In this document: positions 8,803-17,315 of the stretch, in pieces | Layout: the number at the start of each line of letters is the position of its first letter | How positions within the stretch are numbered: the stretch's first letter is position 1 | Source of the DNA: an uncultured Candidatus Saccharibacteria bacterium | Lineage (GTDB): Bacteria > Patescibacteriota > Minisyncoccia > Phycocordibacterales > UBA2100 | Direction: 5' to 3' | Length of the DNA: 64,000 bases | Assembly (NCBI GenBank): GCA_964623775.1 | Contig: CAZUVH010000005.1 | Span: 1,546-65,545 of the forward strand | Made by a program: the position numbers and the translations under genes | Notes under the pieces: generated by a model | Seen by the model: only the letters and a program-made list of their open reading frames with translations | What the model was told of the DNA's origin: nothing | The model's database searches: none

Positions 8803-11514
8803 TTACGCGCGCGCAGCGACGCGAGCACGGACGCCCTTGGTGCGTTCAGGGCCCTTGCGGACATCAAATGTGAATTCGCCTTTGCCGTCTTGTCCAGCAG
8901 TGTCCTTGAAATCTACCGCCACCGATCCCCCTTCCATCACACCGCGAGCGACCATCATATTGGCGATCGCTGTGAGAATCTTGGTCTGGATCAGGCGCTT
9001 CAAGGGGCGTGCACCGTACTGCGGGTTGTAACCTTCTTTTGCGAGATGCTCGAGCGCAGCATTCGTGAGCGTGAGCGTAATCTGCTTCTCCTTGAGGCGA
9101 TCGGCCACGATATCTACCTGCATGCGCACAATGTCCATGATCGCCTCCTTCGTGAGGATATTGAAGAGAATGATTTCATCTAGACGGTTCAAGAACTCCG
9201 GTCGGAAGAATTCCTTGAGCGAGCTCATCACCTTGTCTTTCACCTGCTCGTACCGATCGCCCTCGCTCGTACTGAGACCAGCCGCAAATCCGAGACCCGA
9301 CATTTTGTCGATATGCTCGGAGCCGATATTGGAGGTCATGATGATGACGCAGTTCTTGAAATTCACGGTGCGGCCCTTGGCATCGGTGAGGCGGCCATTG
9401 TCGAGGACCTGAAGCAAAATATTGAAGACTTCCGGGTGCGCCTTTTCGATTTCGTCAAAAAGGATGACCGAATACGGGCGATGGCGCACCATTTCCGTGA
9501 GACCGCCGCCCTCGTCGTACCCCACATAGCCAGGCGGAGAGCCGATCATCTTGGAGACCGAGTGCTTCTCCATGTATTCAGACATGTCGACACGGATGAG
9601 CGATTTTTCACTATTGAAGAGAAACTCGGCTAGCGATCTCGTAAGCTCCGTCTTGCCGACACCGGTCGGACCCAGGAAGAGGAACGAGCCGACAGGGCGA
9701 TTGGGATCGGCGATACCTGCGCGCGATCGCTTGATCGCATCAGCGACCTTCTGCACCGCCTCGTCTTGGCCGACGATGCGCTTCTTGAGATTATCTTCCA
9801 TGCGCGAGAGCTTTTCCGCCTCCTCTTCGAGCATGCGAGAAACGGGGACGCCCGTCCAGCGCGATACAACCGAGGCAATATCTTCCTCAGTGATGTCTTC
9901 GTGGAGTACTCGGCGCGTCTGCTGCAATTTCTTCAAGCGCTTGGTCGCTACCTCGATCTCTTTTTCGAGGAGCGGAATCTTGCCGTAGCGGATTTCGGCG
10001 GTCTTCGTGAGATCCGACATGCCCTCCGCAGCATCGGCATCGCGACGAGCCTGCTCGAGGTCGTTTTTGGCGCGCTTGATCTCTGCGAGCGTCTCTTTCT
10101 CGTTCTTCCACTTCTGCTCAAGCTCGCGCGTACCATCGCGCAGATCCGCCACCTCTTTTTCGATGGCTTTCGTGCGTGTGCGTGCCTTACCCTCTTCGGC
10201 CTCGGCTTCTTTCTTCAGCGCTTCGCGCTCAATCTCGAGGCGTGTGATCTTGCGGTGTGCCTCTTCGAGTGCCGGTGGCTTGTTCTCGAGCGAGAGACGG
10301 AGCGCGGAAGCAGCCTCATCAATGAGATCGATCGCCTTGTCTGGCAAGAATCGCTCTGTGATGTAACGAGTCGAGAGCTGTACTGCGGAGACGATTGCAT
10401 CGTCGGTGATATGGACACCATGATAGAGCTCGTAGCGCTCCTTGAGGCCGCGCAAGATCGCAATTGCATCCTCTACCGATGGCTCATTGACATAGACCGG
10501 CTGGAAGCGGCGTGTGAGCGCAGGGTCGTGCTCGATATGCTTTTGATATTCTTTGAGAGTCGTCGCGCCGATGACGCGTATCTCCCCGCGAGCGAGCGCT
10601 GGCTTGAGCATGTTGGAGGCATCCATGGAGCCTTCAGCGGCGCCAGCACCCACGAGTGTGTGGATTTCATCAATAAAAAGGATGATCTTACCTTCGGATT
10701 TCTCCACTTCCTTCATCACGGCCTTGAGGCGCTCTTCGAATTCGCCGCGGTATTTTGTACCGGCAATGAGGAGCCCGAGATCGAGCTGGACCAATTCCTT
10801 GCCGCGAAGAGATTCTGGTACGTCGCCGGAGGCTACGCGTTGCGCAAGACCCTCGGCAACGGCGGTCTTGCCCACCCCTGCTTCGCCGATCAGGATCGGA
10901 TTGTTCTTAGTACGACGCGAAAGTATCTGAATGACGCGCGTGATTTCGGTATCACGGCCAATCACCGGATCAAGCTTGTTTTCACGAGCGCGATCGGTGA
11001 GCGAGCGAGCGAAGCGCGCAAGAGCGCGTGGCTTTTTCTCTGTGGCCTCGTCGCCGCGAATCTTGCCTTCTTTGATATCGGTAAGGACGCGCGCAAGCGC
11101 CGAGCGATCGACTTTGAAATTCACCATGATGTCCGCTGCTGGCCCCGGATGCTCTGCGATACCGAGTAAGAGATGCTCGGGCGAGACAAACTGATCATTG
11201 AAAGATGCGGCGATGCGCGGTGCCGCCTCGAACACTCTCACTAATTCAGGTGTGAGATACAACTGGAACGACGGTGAGACGGCTGTGTTGCTGCCGCCAC
11301 CCTCGATGAGTTCCAATACTGAGTCGGTGAGATGTGCAATATCGATCTCGACCTGTTCGAGCATGGGCAAAACCATGGATTCTTCTTGCGTGAGGAGAGC
11401 CGCGAGGAGATGAAGGGTGGAAACTTGGTTGTGGCCGCGTTCCACCGCGAGCTGATGCGCGCGATGAATCGCTTCCTTTGCCTTCGTAGTGTAATTGTTG
11501 AATGGTGTAGCCAT
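8803..11514 (-). CDS. clpB: ATP-dependent chaperone ClpB
   Basis: Two AAA+ modules ([16 protein letters not shown]), coiled-coil middle domain, GARPLKR. Confidence 0.95.
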   Translation of the reverse strand: MATPFNNYTTKAKEAIHRAHQLAVERGHNQVSTLHLLAALLTQEESMVLPMLEQVEIDIAHLTDSVLELIEGGGSNTAVSPSFQLYLTPELVRVFEAAPRIAASFNDQFVSPEHLLLGIAEHPGPAADIMVNFKVDRSALARVLTDIKEGKIRGDEATEKKPRALARFARSLTDRARENKLDPVIGRDTEITRVIQILSRRTKNNPILIGEAGVGKTAVAEGLAQRVASGDVPESLRGKELVQLDLGLLIAGTKYRGEFEERLKAVMKEVEKSEGKIILFIDEIHTLVGAGAAEGSMDASNMLKPALARGEIRVIGATTLKEYQKHIEHDPALTRRFQPVYVNEPSVEDAIAILRGLKERYELYHGVHITDDAIVSAVQLSTRYITERFLPDKAIDLIDEAASALRLSLENKPPALEEAHRKITRLEIEREALKKEAEAEEGKARTRTKAIEKEVADLRDGTRELEQKWKNEKETLAEIKRAKNDLEQARRDADAAEGMSDLTKTAEIRYGKIPLLEKEIEVATKRLKKLQQTRRVLHEDITEEDIASVVSRWTGVPVSRMLEEEAEKLSRMEDNLKKRIVGQDEAVQKVADAIKRSRAGIADPNRPVGSFLFLGPTGVGKTELTRSLAEFLFNSEKSLIRVDMSEYMEKHSVSKMIGSPPGYVGYDEGGGLTEMVRHRPYSVILFDEIEKAHPEVFNILLQVLDNGRLTDAKGRTVNFKNCVIIMTSNIGSEHIDKMSGLGFAAGLSTSEGDRYEQVKDKVMSSLKEFFRPEFLNRLDEIILFNILTKEAIMDIVRMQVDIVADRLKEKQITLTLTNAALEHLAKEGYNPQYGARPLKRLIQTKILTAIANMMVARGVMEGGSVAVDFKDTAGQDGKGEFTFDVRKGPERTKGVRARVAARA

Positions 11515-11593
11515 ACAAATATGAGACGTTACGTCCGCTTATTAGTATACACCGCCTCGCGCGAAATAAAAAATGAATTCCCCAGGGTGTGCG

Positions 11594-12448
11594 CTAAGGT
11601 GTTTTCGGAGTCTCTACCGCTTTTTCGGCTGGTTTATCAGCTAGCTTTTCGATCGGTTTTGGTTGGAGTGAGATGACGGCAGATGTCATGAAGCCCGAAG
11701 CGGATGCCTCGCGCGCCACACCTGTACTCATGCCGATCACGCCTCCATCGGTGTCGATGAGGGGGCACCCATACGTAATCGAATCAGACGCGATGTTGGT
11801 ATCGACAAGTGCATCGAGTGACGTGACGATACCGTCGGCTACACGTGTCGCCGATTTGCCAGCAATCGTGAAGACCGTCTCGCCCAATGAAATTTTACCC
11901 GTTGAAAGCATCGCGGGGGTCCATACCGATGTTTTGCCTTCGATCGTCGACGTCGCACCCATGAGATATACGAAACCATTGTCCGCATCTTTCCGGGTCA
12001 CCGATGCGCGGATTTGTTGGCCACCGCTTTGTACCGCCACAACATCAGCCATCTCACCAAGCGATTTGATATCTGCGGCGATTCCGCCGGATTTTGAAAT
12101 AACGAGTCCGAGCCCCAGGAATTGTCGCGTCTTTTCGTCGCCCGAAGAGTAAAGACTGACGATCGAGGGGCGTACCTGATCGATTGCTTGCGCTATCAAA
12201 TCGGATTCCCTGATGACAACGGTCTTCGTCTCGCCTACCGCAGCCGTCTGTACGGCAGGAATCACCTTTTCTACCGTGCGCTCAACGACGCGATTTACCG
12301 TCTGTGCGATCGCGGGCGGCGCCTGATCCATGAGAGATACAGTGACGATACCTGTGGCAATGGAGGTGACGAAGCTTACGAGGAGTGTGAGGAGAATGAT
12401 CTGCGATTTACTCAGTTTTTCGATATCAAGACCACCATGTTCGTCCAT
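11594..12448 (-). CDS. membrane-anchored trypsin-like (HtrA-type) domain protein, probably catalytically inactive
   Basis: N-terminal TM helix; VRPSIV and GLGLVIS motifs; TYGCPL in place of NSGGPL. Confidence 0.65.
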   Translation of the reverse strand: MDEHGGLDIEKLSKSQIILLTLLVSFVTSIATGIVTVSLMDQAPPAIAQTVNRVVERTVEKVIPAVQTAAVGETKTVVIRESDLIAQAIDQVRPSIVSLYSSGDEKTRQFLGLGLVISKSGGIAADIKSLGEMADVVAVQSGGQQIRASVTRKDADNGFVYLMGATSTIEGKTSVWTPAMLSTGKISLGETVFTIAGKSATRVADGIVTSLDALVDTNIASDSITYGCPLIDTDGGVIGMSTGVAREASASGFMTSAVISLQPKPIEKLADKPAEKAVETPKTP

Positions 12449-12592
12449 ACCCCGTCAGTAGAATTTCGGCTTGCGCGTCTGAAAGACGCGCGCGCCAGCT
12501 GATAATACAGAATTTACCACTTTGTCATTATAATATATAAATGTGCCGTTTTTGGGCGGATATGCGCGAGCCGAAATTTCACTGCGGGGCAT
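12447..12592. repeat. ~146-bp element with ~32-bp imperfect terminal inverted repeats
   Basis: ATACCCCGTCAGTAGAATTTCGGCTTGCGCGT (12447-12478) is nearly the reverse complement of ATGCGCGAGCCGAAATTTCACTGCGGGGCAT (12562-12592). Confidence 0.75.
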
Positions 12593-12664
12593 ACGCCGAA
12601 TATAGCACCTTTTTTATCGTGAGCAATAGAAAATACTTGCACAAAAAAGCAAGCGGTCCGTACC

Positions 12665-12703
12665 AAAAGAATCACCTCCGCTCGGCATAGCCAAGCGGAG
12701 GTG
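12665..12703 (-). terminator. intrinsic terminator of the Ro60 gene
   Basis: CACCTCCGCT...AGCGGAGGTG stem followed by ATTCTTTT on the minus strand. Confidence 0.8.
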
Positions 12704-12712
12704 TAAGGTACG

Positions 12713-14368
12713 TTACCTCGCGAAGTCCGAGATTAAGCCCGGAGCATTCGTGTCGAAACCGACCAAGTCAAGCATCCCAGCGTCATTCGGATCCGCGATC
12801 GTGAAGGGGTTAGCCTCCATGCCGATCACGACGAGCTTGGCAGGAATGCCCATCTCGCGGCGATACTGCTGAAGCGCCTGTGACGGGTGGATGTCTCCCG
12901 CATACGTCTCGTTGTCGGTGTACACGCAGAACGTGTCCACCGGAACGCGGTTACGGAGCGCCCACCGCATCGGAAGCGAGCAGTCAGTGGTGCCGAAGTT
13001 GCTATCATGCGCCTTGCTCATCGCATAGTCGAGCGTATCGCGCGCACTGATCTCCAGATCCCTGAACTCACTGGCAAAGCCCATGAGATAGTAATCCGAT
13101 TCCGAACGCGCGGTGACCATCGCCATCGCAGCGGCAGCCATGCACGGGGATACCCCGGCCATGCCACCGATGGTGCCGGTACGCATCGAGCCCGACACAT
13201 CGAGGCCGAGGAGGAATCGCTTCCCCGTCGGATCGACATTGTCGAACGCAAGGTAGAACGCGTCATCAAGAGCATCAACGATGGTCTGGACCGGCGCCCA
13301 CGTCAGGCTTCCACGCTCACTCTTGCCCATGCGATACGTGCCGAGTGCACCCAGGATCTTGATCGGGTGTAACCTCGCACGGCGGATGGCGTCGCCATCG
13401 CTGAGTCGCTTTGCGACGAGCCGAGCCGCATCGCTCAAGGGAGCGAGGAGACCATTGGCCGTCATGCGAGCGAGATTGCGCGTGAGCGCCTCCAGCTTCA
13501 GGTTGGGAAGCAGCGCCTCCCAAACCTTCGCTTCGCGGAGGAAGTCCGTCGGGATCATCTCCCACGTTACGTCCTTGTCCGCAGCGACCAGCCGCACAAC
13601 CTCATCGACGTTGCTCGCGCGCTCGAGAGACTCGAACGACGCGATCAGCTTCGGGAGACGCGCCACATTGACGCCGGGGTACTCCTTCGTGACCTTGCGG
13701 CCCTTCGGAGTCTCCTGGCGCGTGACGGGGCGGTCGCCGAGATGCGAGCGATCGACGGTCCAGCGGAACAGCGCATTGTGCGCGCTCGAAACCGGCACGG
13801 GGCTCGCGAGACGCAGTGCGTCGCGGTGAGTCCACTTGTTGCGCTGACGGTACTTCACGATCTGGAGAGCCGCCGCAGCGACGTCCTTCTCGTTGTACCA
13901 GTTGCCGACAGCGCGACGGAGCCCCCGGCCCCACCCACGGAACGCTTGCACGTTCTCGAGGAAGGTGAAGAGGTGCGTACCGATGCGCGCGACCTTCGGC
14001 AGCGCGTCGAGTGCGGCCTTGCGCGTAGCATCGTTGCCGAGGCCAGCAGCGATCGCGAGCGCAAAAAGCGCCGGATCATTCTTGGGCGCACGGCCCGAGT
14101 CGCTGATTTCGACGATGCGATTCACCGTGCGAAGGCCGTCGGCCTTGACGCAGCGGAGCACTGCTTCAGCGTTCTCGACAGTGAGCTTCCGCTCGGTCGC
14201 GTAATAGCTGCCGCCCTCGGTGCCGAGGATGAGGAAGCGATCGAGCATGACCCAATCGTCGACCTCCCACGAGAAACCGCCGGCCGAATTTTCGACCTGC
14301 GTGCTGCCCGGAATCGGCTGCAACTGCGACGTCTCACGCGTATCGAAGTGCTGGCTGTAGTTCGTCAT
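12713..14368 (-). CDS. rsr: Ro60/TROVE-domain RNA-binding protein (Rsr ortholog)
   Basis: NSAGG, LDRFLILGTEGGSYY, KYRQRNKWTHRD, LHP, vWA MIDAS DVSGSM, TDNET, IADP.D.GMLD..GFD. AGGAG RBS 8 nt before the ATG at 14368. Confidence 0.95.
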   Translation of the reverse strand: MTNYSQHFDTRETSQLQPIPGSTQVENSAGGFSWEVDDWVMLDRFLILGTEGGSYYATERKLTVENAEAVLRCVKADGLRTVNRIVEISDSGRAPKNDPALFALAIAAGLGNDATRKAALDALPKVARIGTHLFTFLENVQAFRGWGRGLRRAVGNWYNEKDVAAAALQIVKYRQRNKWTHRDALRLASPVPVSSAHNALFRWTVDRSHLGDRPVTRQETPKGRKVTKEYPGVNVARLPKLIASFESLERASNVDEVVRLVAADKDVTWEMIPTDFLREAKVWEALLPNLKLEALTRNLARMTANGLLAPLSDAARLVAKRLSDGDAIRRARLHPIKILGALGTYRMGKSERGSLTWAPVQTIVDALDDAFYLAFDNVDPTGKRFLLGLDVSGSMRTGTIGGMAGVSPCMAAAAMAMVTARSESDYYLMGFASEFRDLEISARDTLDYAMSKAHDSNFGTTDCSLPMRWALRNRVPVDTFCVYTDNETYAGDIHPSQALQQYRREMGIPAKLVVIGMEANPFTIADPNDAGMLDLVGFDTNAPGLISDFAR

Positions 14369-14380
14369 TTCCCGTCTCCT

Positions 14381-14436
14381 TTCAGACAAGATTTATGCCG
14401 CCCGACAGGATTGTCGAGCGGCATGTGTGGCCCAAA
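14381..14436 (-). ncRNA. Y-RNA-like hairpin 3 (abuts the rsr Shine-Dalgarno)
   Basis: UUUGGGCC-ACAC-AUGCCGCUCGACA-AUCC-UGUCGGGCGGCAU-AAAUCUUGUCUGAA; shares the GGGCC.../CUUGUCUG basal helix with hairpins 1 and 2. Confidence 0.6.
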
Positions 14437-14444
14437 AAGCTTAA

Positions 14445-14510
14445 TGGCAGACAAGTTGGTGTTAAAGGGGTTACATATATGCCAGATAACCCTCTAACTC
14501 CGGCCCGCCA
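14445..14510 (-). ncRNA. Y-RNA-like hairpin 2
   Basis: UGGCGGGCCGGAGUUAGAGGGUUAUCUGGCAUAUAUGUAACCCCUUUAACACCAACUUGUCUGCCA. Confidence 0.72.
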
Positions 14511-14533
14511 CTTTTACTCGGGGTAGGCTACAG

Positions 14534-14597
14534 TCACAGGCAAGTTGATGTCAAAGGGGTTTCATCTGCAAGATAACCCTCTGACTTCGGCCCGTGA
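14534..14597 (-). ncRNA. Y-RNA-like hairpin 1
   Basis: UCACGGGCCGAAGUCAGAGGGUUAUCUUGCAGAUGAAACCCCUUUGACAUCAACUUGCCUGUGA; GGCCGA/UUGCC matches the bulged-C Ro-binding helix of Y RNAs. Confidence 0.75.
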
Positions 14598-14603
14598 TAT
14601 TCC

Positions 14604-14609
14604 AATGTA
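14604..14609 (-). promoter_or_regulatory. putative -10 box for the Y-RNA/rsr transcript
   Basis: TACATT 6 nt upstream of hairpin 1; no clear -35 box. Confidence 0.4.
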
Positions 14610-14653
14610 CTATGTTTTTACTGGGAAGAGCCTAGCATGAGCCACAGCATTTG

Positions 14654-15850
14654 TCAAGTGGTCACCTTTGGGACGCTCCCCACCAGCGCCTTGATGGTAT
14701 TTTCGAGGTCTTCAGTAGTATTGCGCATGCCGAGCGAGAAACGGAGGGTGTTTTCGGCTCTCCATGGCTCCCCGCCGAGCGCTCGCACGACATGCGAGGC
14801 TTTTTCGCCTTCGTTGCACGCGCTTTTCGTCGAGATCGCGATACCAGCGCGATCGAGCACTAGTGTCAGGTATTCGGCATTGATGTTCGGGATCGAAATA
14901 TTGAGCATGTGTGGCAGTGCGCGATCCAGGTCAGTATTTAAAATCACGTCAGGAATTTTCTCCTGAATTTTTTTTGCGAAGTCGTCACGCATTTTCGTGA
15001 GGTGTCGCGCTTCCTCGTCACGTTCTTTTGAAATCATCCCAAGCGCAACCGCAAATCCTGCCGCAAGGGCCGGATCTTCGGTACCGGCCCGCAATCCCCG
15101 CTCTTGTCCGCCACCAAGTGTAGTCGGCGCAATGCGATTATGATCCGCGACACGGTTACTTATATAGAGCAGAGCTATGCCGCGCGGACCATAGAGCTTG
15201 CCACTTCCGAGCGCGAAGAGATCAACACCGAGTGTGTGCACGTGCGGGAAAAGATAGAGCGGAGCTTGACCCGCGTCACTGTGAAAAAGTACGACCGACT
15301 TGTGTTGCTTTTCGTGCGCGTGAATCGCGGCCGCGATCGCCTTCATCGGCTGCACGACACCGATCTCGTTGTTGGCCCAGCCTACAGATACAAGCACTGT
15401 CTCGGGACGAAGCGCACGCGAAAGTGTCTCAGTGGAAATAATGCCGCGCTCGTCGGGATCAAGATGTGTCACGCGGCCACCGAGTCGTTCGATTTCTGAA
15501 AATGCTTCGAGGACAGAGTCATGCTCGATTGCGCTCACGATCCAATGCGTCTTCGATAGATCCCTGCCATCCATCGCAAGCGCCCGCGCCCGCCCGAGGA
15601 TTGCGAGATTGTTGGCCTCGGTCAGACCTGAAGTGAAAATAATTTCACGCGCCTTACACGCCAGCTCCGCAGCAATTTTTTCCCGCGATTCCTGCAGTGA
15701 TGTTTTTGCCGCTACCGCCTCCGCATGTGTCGCGCCCGGATTGCCGAAATTCTCCATCGCATCGGCGACGGCACGCACAGCGTCCGGCAGCACCGGTGTC
15801 GCGCTCGCGTGATCGAGATATATTCTTCCACTGCCAAAAAATCCCCACAT
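14654..15850 (-). CDS. iscS: cysteine desulfurase (IscS/NifS family)
   Basis: IYLDHASATP, FTSGLTEANN, NNEIG, HSDAGQ, SGKLYGPRG, ISTKSAC. Confidence 0.9.
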   Translation of the reverse strand: MWGFFGSGRIYLDHASATPVLPDAVRAVADAMENFGNPGATHAEAVAAKTSLQESREKIAAELACKAREIIFTSGLTEANNLAILGRARALAMDGRDLSKTHWIVSAIEHDSVLEAFSEIERLGGRVTHLDPDERGIISTETLSRALRPETVLVSVGWANNEIGVVQPMKAIAAAIHAHEKQHKSVVLFHSDAGQAPLYLFPHVHTLGVDLFALGSGKLYGPRGIALLYISNRVADHNRIAPTTLGGGQERGLRAGTEDPALAAGFAVALGMISKERDEEARHLTKMRDDFAKKIQEKIPDVILNTDLDRALPHMLNISIPNINAEYLTLVLDRAGIAISTKSACNEGEKASHVVRALGGEPWRAENTLRFSLGMRNTTEDLENTIKALVGSVPKVTT

Positions 15851-15948
15851 AGAGGCATTCTGTAGTGAAAGCGCACCTTTTGCAAAACTCTGTAATCGGT
15901 GCAACTATGACCGAAGGAGATTCACCAATCTTGTATTTGGAGACATGC

Positions 15949-16236
15949 ATGGAGATTATTGTCGGCGGAGCCGCCATGGTAATCGTGATCGGCATCATCG
16001 CAGGTTGGCTTCTTTCGGACGAGTGGGTGCTTATCGCCTTCGTTACGTACTTTGTTTTCATGATCCTCGTACATTTCACCATGAGCCCTGGTCAGAGCGG
16101 AAAAGAGAACGCCCTCATCTTTGTGGGCACCATATGTGGCCTCCTCTTCGTTGCGGCAATGATCGCCACCTGGATCATTAAGACGCCAAAAGTGAAAAAA
16201 ACTGAAGTATCACGGGAAGATACAGACGAGAAATAA
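15949..16236 (+). CDS. small membrane protein
   Basis: Three hydrophobic segments, GGAG RBS, downstream terminator. Confidence 0.6.
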   Translation: MEIIVGGAAMVIVIGIIAGWLLSDEWVLIAFVTYFVFMILVHFTMSPGQSGKENALIFVGTICGLLFVAAMIATWIIKTPKVKKTEVSREDTDEK

Positions 16237-16241
16237 TGTGG

Positions 16242-16276
16242 GCCGCCGCAGAAAATCTGCGACGGCTTTTCTTTTT
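16242..16276 (+). terminator. intrinsic terminator (repeated at 17217)
   Basis: GCCGCCGCAG-AAAAT-CTGCGACGGC followed by a T-tract. Confidence 0.75.
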
Positions 16277-16319
16277 GCGCCCATCTAATAGACTCAGCCC
16301 AGATGAGGAGGAGGTCAGG

Positions 16320-16610
16320 ATGTGGGAATTTACTGAGCTATTAGCGATAATTGCATTCTCGATAACCGTCGGACTTGCGATCGGTCTCTACCGGTCGACG
16401 CAAACCGTGCTCGCGACGACGGCAATCGTGTTCGCCGCCATCGTCGTGATGCAGCTCGGCTCCGGACAATGGTGGGCCGGGTACGGTTATTTCTCGTTTG
16501 CATTCTTCGTACGCGTAATGCTACCGACTTTGCTCTTTGCATGGATCGGGTGGCTCATGCCACGGCTCGTCAAAGAGCTGGAAGAATTCGGCAGAAATCT
16601 AAGATCATAA
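16320..16610 (+). CDS. small membrane protein
   Basis: GGAGG RBS; three TM segments. Confidence 0.6.
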   Translation: MWEFTELLAIIAFSITVGLAIGLYRSTQTVLATTAIVFAAIVVMQLGSGQWWAGYGYFSFAFFVRVMLPTLLFAWIGWLMPRLVKELEEFGRNLRS

Positions 16611-16628
16611 CGCAGAGAGGATCGCATC

Positions 16629-16904
16629 ATGGAGACATGTGTTTGCGCGGCAATCCTTTGTATCGGTAAAATATTCCGCGGCCATCGCCACACGCATGCA
16701 CTGCAGGCGATGAATGACGAGTTCTCGTGGAAAATGTCACGCGAGAAGATCATGGGTCTCGAGCAAGTGCAGGGATTTCTCACCACCGGGAATCGATTCG
16801 TCACACGAGAAGAAGGCAGAAAATTACAAGATGCCGCCGGAATCAAATCGGTCGCAAAGGGCGGATATCGCGCTGATTCGCTGTATTCCGAAGATCTGTA
16901 TTGA
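16629..16904 (+). CDS. hypothetical protein (resembles small phage-type proteins)
   Basis: GHRH, QGFLT..NRFVTREE and LYSEDLY motifs; family recalled from memory, not verified. Confidence 0.65.
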   Translation: METCVCAAILCIGKIFRGHRHTHALQAMNDEFSWKMSREKIMGLEQVQGFLTTGNRFVTREEGRKLQDAAGIKSVAKGGYRADSLYSEDLY

Positions 16905-17015
16905 TTGAGTCGCCGCAGGCTGCCTGCGGCGACTTTTTATTTGCATTTGACTTTACTGTTCATCCATAGCAAATTACTATCGGTATCACATCCCAGCCCA
17001 AAGGAGTAACTTCAG

Positions 17016-17195
17016 ATGAAGAAATTCTTCAGTCAACCGAAGGTCAAGAATATGATCCTACCCATCGTGGGCCTTGTCGGCCTGATCGCGCTCGTAACGA
17101 GTTCCTCGGCCATTGTCGGCCTGACTGGCTTTGGCATTGCCATCCTCGGGGCCATCGTGATGGTCAAGTCTGCGAACCAGCAGCAGTCGGCCTGA
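17016..17195 (+). CDS. 59-aa membrane microprotein (below the ORF-track cutoff)
   Basis: AAGGAG RBS; MKKFFSQPKVKNMILPIVGLVGLIALVTSSSAIVGLTGFGIAILGAIVMVKSANQQQSA; followed by a terminator. Confidence 0.65.
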   Translation: MKKFFSQPKVKNMILPIVGLVGLIALVTSSSAIVGLTGFGIAILGAIVMVKSANQQQSA

Positions 17196-17216
17196 ACAAG
17201 CGATCTTCGAACCTTT

Positions 17217-17250
17217 GCCGCCGCAGAAAATCTGCGGCGGCTTTTTCTTT
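17217..17250 (+). terminator. intrinsic terminator (near-identical to 16242)
   Basis: GCCGCCGCAG-AAAAT-CTGCGGCGGC followed by a T-tract. Confidence 0.8.
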
Positions 17251-17315
17251 GAAAAATTCGTATTTTGAGGTATAATCTAAAAACTTGGGTCTGAATATGA
17301 TGCTCAAAACTCTCT

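Noticed and set aside
14381-14597. tRNA genes, a YrlA tRNA-like domain, or a mini-CRISPR upstream of rsr
   Set aside because: No TTC T-loop or cloverleaf; the units are ~65-nt covarying hairpins with short linkers rather than identical repeats with unique spacers.
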